A stretch of DNA of 64,000 nt from positions 1,856,001 through 1,920,000 of the forward strand of contig OZ250172.1 in the NCBI GenBank assembly GCA_965237905.1. Reading direction: 5' to 3'. Under the pieces are notes generated by a model, which made no database searches, had not been told where the DNA came from, and was given only the letters and a program-made list of their open reading frames with translations. Below, piece by piece: positions 59,215 through 64,000 of the stretch. Made by a program: the position numbers and the translations under genes. Source of the DNA: Nitrospinaceae bacterium (lineage in GTDB: Bacteria; Nitrospinota; Nitrospinia; Nitrospinales; Nitrospinaceae). How positions within the stretch are numbered: position 1 is the first letter of the stretch; the number at the start of each line of letters is the position of its first letter.

Positions 59215-59413
59215 TTGAGTCTAGCGTGACGCTGGCCGGGCTAGGCCCGGAGCAAACTAAAATTGCGTCCAATGATTTTCGTTTGCCGTTACCGGTCAGC
59301 CAGCTCCCCCTCCGGGCAGGCCAGCGTCACGCTGGACTCAAAGTTATCCACTGGCGATTCGCCGGCCCCCAGCCGAAAGCCGGGGTTTAAAATTACCTGC
59401 GGCGGTTCGCCGC
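59215..59413. repeat. Composite palindromic repeat family A, copy 3, with an extra inverted arm
   Basis: TTGAGTCTAGCGTGACGCTGGCC inverted to GGCCAGCGTCACGCTGGACTCAA; ends TTAAAATTACCTGCGGCGGTTCGCCGC. Confidence 0.8.
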
Positions 59414-59752
59414 CCAGACCTGTTTGTATTCATCTTCATCGAATCCAACGGTGATGCGATCGCCGTCCACCGCAATGGGACGTTTCACCAGCCGCCCGTT
59501 GGAGGCCAGCAGGTCGAGCGCCTGCGCTTCCGTCATCCCCTTCAGCTTGTCTTTGATATTGAGTTCCTTGTATTGCACGCCACTGGTGTTGAACAGTTTT
59601 TTAAGCTCGCGCGACTTGAGCGCTTTTTTCAGCACCGTCTTGGGTGGCGGCGTTTCCGTGATGTCGATGGATTGGTACGTCACCTTTTTGCCGTCCAAAA
59701 ATTTCTGCGCCTTTCTGCAGGTACTGCATTTATTGTATCCGTAAAATTTCAT
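59393..59752 (-). CDS. ArsC/Spx-family (YffB-like) protein
   Basis: YNKCSTCRKA, LFNTSG, LVKRP and VGF motifs. Confidence 0.9.
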   Translation of the reverse strand: MKFYGYNKCSTCRKAQKFLDGKKVTYQSIDITETPPPKTVLKKALKSRELKKLFNTSGVQYKELNIKDKLKGMTEAQALDLLASNGRLVKRPIAVDGDRITVGFDEDEYKQVWAANRRR

Positions 59753-59776
59753 ATTTTGTTTCTCCTCGTGACAGGC

Positions 59777-59802
59777 TGTCATGCTGAGCCTGTCGAAGTA
59801 TG
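59777..59802. repeat. Single REP-like unit (family B)
   Basis: TGTCATGCTGAGCCTGTCGAAGTATG. Confidence 0.75.
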
Positions 59803-60052
59803 GCAGCCAATCAATGTGTCTGTCAGCAATTTATGATGAGGGCTTAATAATAAGGAAGATCATATCGAAAAACCCCCTCCCGGGACAAATTTTTATAATT
59901 TCGTTGCCGGGAGCTTTGAGAATTGAAACCCAAGCCAGGGTATTGCCAATTTGGACCCATATCGATTATCTTAAAGATGGAATTAATCGCAGAATTTAGC
60001 GGCAAAGCGAATGCGTTTTTCAGCAGACACTTTTAGGTTGAAAATTTGATTG

Positions 60053-60505
60053 ATGGCTCATTACTCAGAAACAGCTGAAGAAATCAAAAAACATTTCAAT
60101 TTCTTATGCTCGGAATTGGGGTGCGCCATTGCAAAAGAAGAAATTGATAACAATGGAGCTTATATTACCTATACCAATGAAGTAGCAGGGCTACGCGTCA
60201 GTTTTGAGAGGTTGGATGGAGGGGTCTTCGTTATGGTTTTCAAGCTTAAAGATCATAAAATTCCCCCATATGAGGGGAGCGGCTGGATGGATATTATTGA
60301 TCTTTTGAATGTCAAAGGAGTGGAATTTGTTGAACCGAATGTAAAGAATTTTGAGAATCCCGAACCAAAAGAATTAAGGAGAGTGTTGACCCACTTTGCG
60401 GATAATGTTCGAATTCATGCGCAAAGTTTTCTTCAAGGAGATTTCAGCATCATTGAAAAAGTTGAAAAAATTATTGAAGAGAGGAGAAAAGAATTAGGGC
60501 ATTAA
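60053..60505 (+). CDS. AT-rich hypothetical protein
   Basis: About 150-aa ORF with low GC relative to its flanks. Confidence 0.65.
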   Translation: MAHYSETAEEIKKHFNFLCSELGCAIAKEEIDNNGAYITYTNEVAGLRVSFERLDGGVFVMVFKLKDHKIPPYEGSGWMDIIDLLNVKGVEFVEPNVKNFENPEPKELRRVLTHFADNVRIHAQSFLQGDFSIIEKVEKIIEERRKELGH

Positions 60506-60605
60506 AAAATGGGTCAGGTCTCTTCTTGGCTGCATATTGGTAACTTTACCCATCAATTCCTGGTTCATCCTGTGATCCTGTCCAAAAATAGATTCTTTTC
60601 ATAAA

Positions 60606-60688
60606 CCACAATATGTAGTGGATTTTAATCAGGTTTACCCCATAAATTGTATAAAAATTACTTTACATCCTTTTCTGGATGTTATAAT
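60606..60688 (+). promoter_or_regulatory. Tandem NrdR-like boxes and extended -10 promoter upstream of smc
   Basis: CCACAATATGTAGTGG (60606) and ACCCCATAAATTGTAT (60637), 31 nt apart; TGtTATAAT at 60680-60688. Confidence 0.6.
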
Positions 60689-60748
60689 CTGCGAAGAAGT
60701 GTGATTATGCCTTAAACGGTTCTTTTTAAAAGGCCTATTGGAGTTTCA

Positions 60749-63700
60749 ATGATTCTCAAACAGCTTGAGCTTGCCGGTTTCAAATCCTTCGTCGATACCA
60801 CCCGCCTCGATTTCACCAACGGATTCACCGCCGTGGTGGGCCCCAACGGGTGCGGCAAAAGCAATATTTCTGACGCCATCCGCTGGATCATCGGCGAGCA
60901 GAGCTCCAAAGCCCTGCGCGGCACCCGCATCACCGATCTGATTTTCAACGGTTCCGCGGCCCGCAAGCCGGTCAACCGCACGGAAATTTCCCTGACCCTG
61001 AGCGATGTGCCGGAGGGTCTCAGGGTGGCCAGTGTTCCCAACCTGTCGGATGAGATCAAAGTCACCCGCTGTTACCACCGTTCCGGCGACAGCGAATTTT
61101 ACATCAATAAGATTCCCTGCAGACTGAAGGACATCACCGATCTGTTTCTCGACATCGGCATCAGCCCCAAGGTGCTGACGGTTATCGAGCAGGGCCATAT
61201 TCAGGACATGATCAGCTCCAAGCCGGAGGAGCGCCGCATCTGGATTGAAGAAGCGGCCGGCGTGTTGAAGTTCAAGGTCCGCAAAGCGGAAGCCCTGCGC
61301 AAGCTTGACGCCTCCGGCCAGAACCTGGACCGTATTTCCGACATCGTGCATGAGTTGGAGCGGCAGGTGGGATCCCTGAAGCGGCAGGCCGCCAAGGCGG
61401 AGCGCTATAAAGCATTCCAGGGGGAGATCAAGGAGTTGTCGCTCGGCCTGTTTTCGAAAAAAATCCGCGGCCTGAAAGTACAGTTCGATGAATTGGAAGC
61501 GGCTTACAAGGAGAAAGCGGAGCAGAAAACGCAATGGGCCGCCCGGTCGTCGACTCTGGAAAACGAAATCAGCCTGATGAAAATTGAAATCGACGAGTTG
61601 ACCACCACCCTCAATCAGAAGCGCGAAACCCTGCATCAGCTGACGGCGGAGATCAGCCATAGTGAGCACAATATCGAATTGAGGAATTCCCAGATCCAGC
61701 AGGCGCAGTCGGATAAGGAAGCCGCGGCGCGGGAAATTCAGCAGATGCAGGACGAAATCGGATCCCACAGCGAGGAGCGGGAAACGCATCGCAGTGAGTT
61801 GGAAGCCGCAGATGAAAAAATCCGTGAGCAGGAACTGGAATGTGAGGAAAAGACCCGGGAATGCGAACACAGCAGAGGGTTGATGCGGACTTTGGAAAAG
61901 GAGCTTCAGGACCGGGAAAGCCGGGTTCTCGATTTATTGCACCACCTGTCCGGGAAAAAGAATTCACTGACGGAGTTGGAAGCCCGGCGAAAATTCCTGA
62001 ATGATCAGGGAGAAAAGCTGGCCCGCGAGCGGGAGGAAACACGCGGGCAGATGGAGTCGGCTCAAGCCGCAGTCGGCGAAGCCCAATCCCAACACGATCA
62101 AAAAAATCAGGATCTGGAGACCCGCAAGCAGGAGCACCTCAGGCTTCAGGAACGGTTGGGCGAGTGTAAGGAGCAACTCAAGGACGGAGAAGAGAAGGCT
62201 CATGCCGCCAAGGAGGTTTACCTGTCCAAGGCCTCGCTGTTGGGCTCCCTCAAGGAATTGCGCAATCAATATGAAGGTTTTGGGCAGGGCGTCCGCTCCC
62301 TGATGAGCCAGAATTCCCGGCCCGATGGTTTGCGCGAAGTGGTGGTGGACGTCATTCAAACTCCCGCCGAATATGAAAAAGCGGTGGAAGCGGTGCTGGG
62401 TGAAAAACTGCAGAGCATGATCGTCAATTCCTACTCGGATACTTTGGGTGTCATTCGTTACATGAACGAACATCACTCCGGGCGCGGCTCGTTCATTCCG
62501 CTGAATCCGAAATCCATTCCCCTCAAGCCGGTGTATCTGAATGGAGACACGGGCGTGGTCGGCAAACTGGCCGATCTGGTGGAGACCCGTGAGGAGTACA
62601 AATCTGTTTTTGATCATCTGCTGAACAATGTGGTGCTGGTGCGCGATCTGGAAACCGCTCTCAAACTGCATGGGAACAGCGAATTTGAGGGAACGGTGGT
62701 GACCCTCGACGGCGAGGTGATTGATGCGCAGGGCCTTGTCACCGGCGGTCGGAACGGGGAAGACCCCGGTGGGTTGCTGTCGCAGACCCGCGAAATGGAA
62801 GAGTTGGGTGGGCAGGTGGCGGACCTCCAAAAAGATTTGGAGCAGCTTGAGGAAGCCAATCGTAACGCAGAGAATGAATTTTCGGCAGTGGAAGAGAGCC
62901 ATCGGGCCGCCGGGGTGTCGGTTCATCAGGTGGACATCGAACAAACGCAATGCCGGAACAATCTGGAGCAGGCCCAAAAAGAATTGGAACGGTTGGAGCA
63001 AAAACAGTCTCACCTCGAACATGAATTGTCCTCGGGAGCGCGCGAGCTGGAAGAGCTGACGCAGGGATTTGACTCTCTGACCCATGAGATCCGAACCGGC
63101 GAGGAAGAAAAAGAGCAGACCGAGGCGGTCGTCGAAGACCTGCGCGTCACGCTTCGGGACCAACGCCAGGAAATCGAAGTGATGGCCGGGTGGATCAATG
63201 AAGTGAATGTGAAAATCGCTTCCATGAAAGGCCGGCGCGACAATGTCCGGCTGGAAATCAAACGGCTGGACCTGCAGGAAGAAAACCTGAACCAGCGCAT
63301 CGCGCAACGCAGTGAAGACAGCCGGATTAATTCCGAGAAGATTGGCGAAAATCAAAAAGCGATTACGGAGATCGAACAAGGCATCCTCGACAAGGTGAGA
63401 GAGAAGGATCGTTTGTCCGAGGAAGTGGTTCGCGAGGAAGAGGGCCTGCGGGAGAAAGAAGAAACGCAGGAAGCCAAGAATCGCGAAAGCCGCGAACTGG
63501 TTCACCGGATTCAGGAGATGACCGAGGAGGTTTCCGCCGTGGAGTTGAAGCGCTCCGAGGTGAAAATCCAGATCAGCCATATCGAAGAAAAGGTGTTCGA
63601 AGATTTCAACGTCAGCTTGCAGGAAATGTTGAATCAATACGACGGCGAGGTCGACGAGGAAGCGGTGACCGGGGAATTGAATGAACTGAAAGAAAAAGTC

Positions 63701-64000
63701 GCCAAACTCGGAGAAGTGAATCTGGCGGCTTTGTCCGAATATCAGCAAGCCAGCGAGCGGTTTACCTTTTTACAAAAGCAGCAGGAAGATCTGGCGGACT
63801 CCATTCGCGCCCTGCACGAAACCATTGAGAAAATCGACCAGACCACCCGCAAATTATTCAAGGAAACCTTCGAGCAGGTGAACGAGCATTTCCAGGACAA
63901 CTTCAAGCGCCTGTTCCTGGGCGGTAAGGCGGAGTTGTCCCTGACCGACCCGGACAATATTCTGGAATCGGGGATCGATATCACTGCCAGCCCGCTGGGC
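60749..64000 (+). CDS. smc: Chromosome segregation protein SMC (3' end beyond the window)
   Basis: Not in the ORF track. Manual translation gives MILKQLELAGFKSF...VVGPNGCGKSNISDAIRW, IEEAAG, coiled coils and a hinge (GRGSFIPL, VTLDGE..VTGG). Confidence 0.96.
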   Translation, partial: MILKQLELAGFKSFVDTTRLDFTNGFTAVVGPNGCGKSNISDAIRWIIGEQSSKALRGTRITDLIFNGSAARKPVNRTEISLTLSDVPEGLRVASVPNLSDEIKVTRCYHRSGDSEFYINKIPCRLKDITDLFLDIGISPKVLTVIEQGHIQDMISSKPEERRIWIEEAAGVLKFKVRKAEALRKLDASGQNLDRISDIVHELERQVGSLKRQAAKAERYKAFQGEIKELSLGLFSKKIRGLKVQFDELEAAYKEKAEQKTQWAARSSTLENEISLMKIEIDELTTTLNQKRETLHQLTAEISHSEHNIELRNSQIQQAQSDKEAAAREIQQMQDEIGSHSEERETHRSELEAADEKIREQELECEEKTRECEHSRGLMRTLEKELQDRESRVLDLLHHLSGKKNSLTELEARRKFLNDQGEKLAREREETRGQMESAQAAVGEAQSQHDQKNQDLETRKQEHLRLQERLGECKEQLKDGEEKAHAAKEVYLSKASLLGSLKELRNQYEGFGQGVRSLMSQNSRPDGLREVVVDVIQTPAEYEKAVEAVLGEKLQSMIVNSYSDTLGVIRYMNEHHSGRGSFIPLNPKSIPLKPVYLNGDTGVVGKLADLVETREEYKSVFDHLLNNVVLVRDLETALKLHGNSEFEGTVVTLDGEVIDAQGLVTGGRNGEDPGGLLSQTREMEELGGQVADLQKDLEQLEEANRNAENEFSAVEESHRAAGVSVHQVDIEQTQCRNNLEQAQKELERLEQKQSHLEHELSSGARELEELTQGFDSLTHEIRTGEEEKEQTEAVVEDLRVTLRDQRQEIEVMAGWINEVNVKIASMKGRRDNVRLEIKRLDLQEENLNQRIAQRSEDSRINSEKIGENQKAITEIEQGILDKVREKDRLSEEVVREEEGLREKEETQEAKNRESRELVHRIQEMTEEVSAVELKRSEVKIQISHIEEKVFEDFNVSLQEMLNQYDGEVDEEAVTGELNELKEKVAKLGEVNLAALSEYQQASERFTFLQKQQEDLADSIRALHETIEKIDQTTRKLFKETFEQVNEHFQDNFKRLFLGGKAELSLTDPDNILESGIDITASPLG

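Noticed and set aside
60746..63748. Long minus-strand ORFs of 374 and 594 aa
   Set aside because: Antisense shadows of smc, caused by codon bias.

Overview
Gene-dense bacterial chromosomal window. The overall gene content looks Nitrospinota-like, but that is an inference and was not verified. Most of it is housekeeping: GH57/DUF4912, hldD, def-fmt-UXS-radC-gmhA-hldE, elbB, a phosphohexomutase plus LbH acyltransferase, tRNA-Leu-tig-clpP-clpX-lon-ppa, shc, rplM-rpsI-argC-argJ, a DinG-family helicase, pyrF and a partial smc. The most notable feature is a tightly coupled three-gene operon at 8391-13106 (minus strand). It encodes (i) a TPR-sensor/SLOG-like/class III nucleotide cyclase, (ii) an orphan membrane-anchored PhnD-like periplasmic binding protein, and (iii) a PAP2-like membrane protein fused to a strongly SARM1-like TIR domain that keeps its catalytic Glu. 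An Apyc1-like cyclic-nucleotide phosphodiesterase lies about 5 kb away and an orphan MASE1-PAS histidine kinase is divergent from the operon. Together these suggest an undescribed nucleotide second-messenger or defence circuit. Other observations: an AT-rich DUF3800 gene followed by a structured RNA candidate; a degenerate SIR2-TPR pseudo-enzyme; a frameshifted ppa; tandem NrdR-like boxes before smc; and several REP-like palindrome families, one showing compensatory base changes. All family assignments come from motif recognition by eye; no database searches were run.
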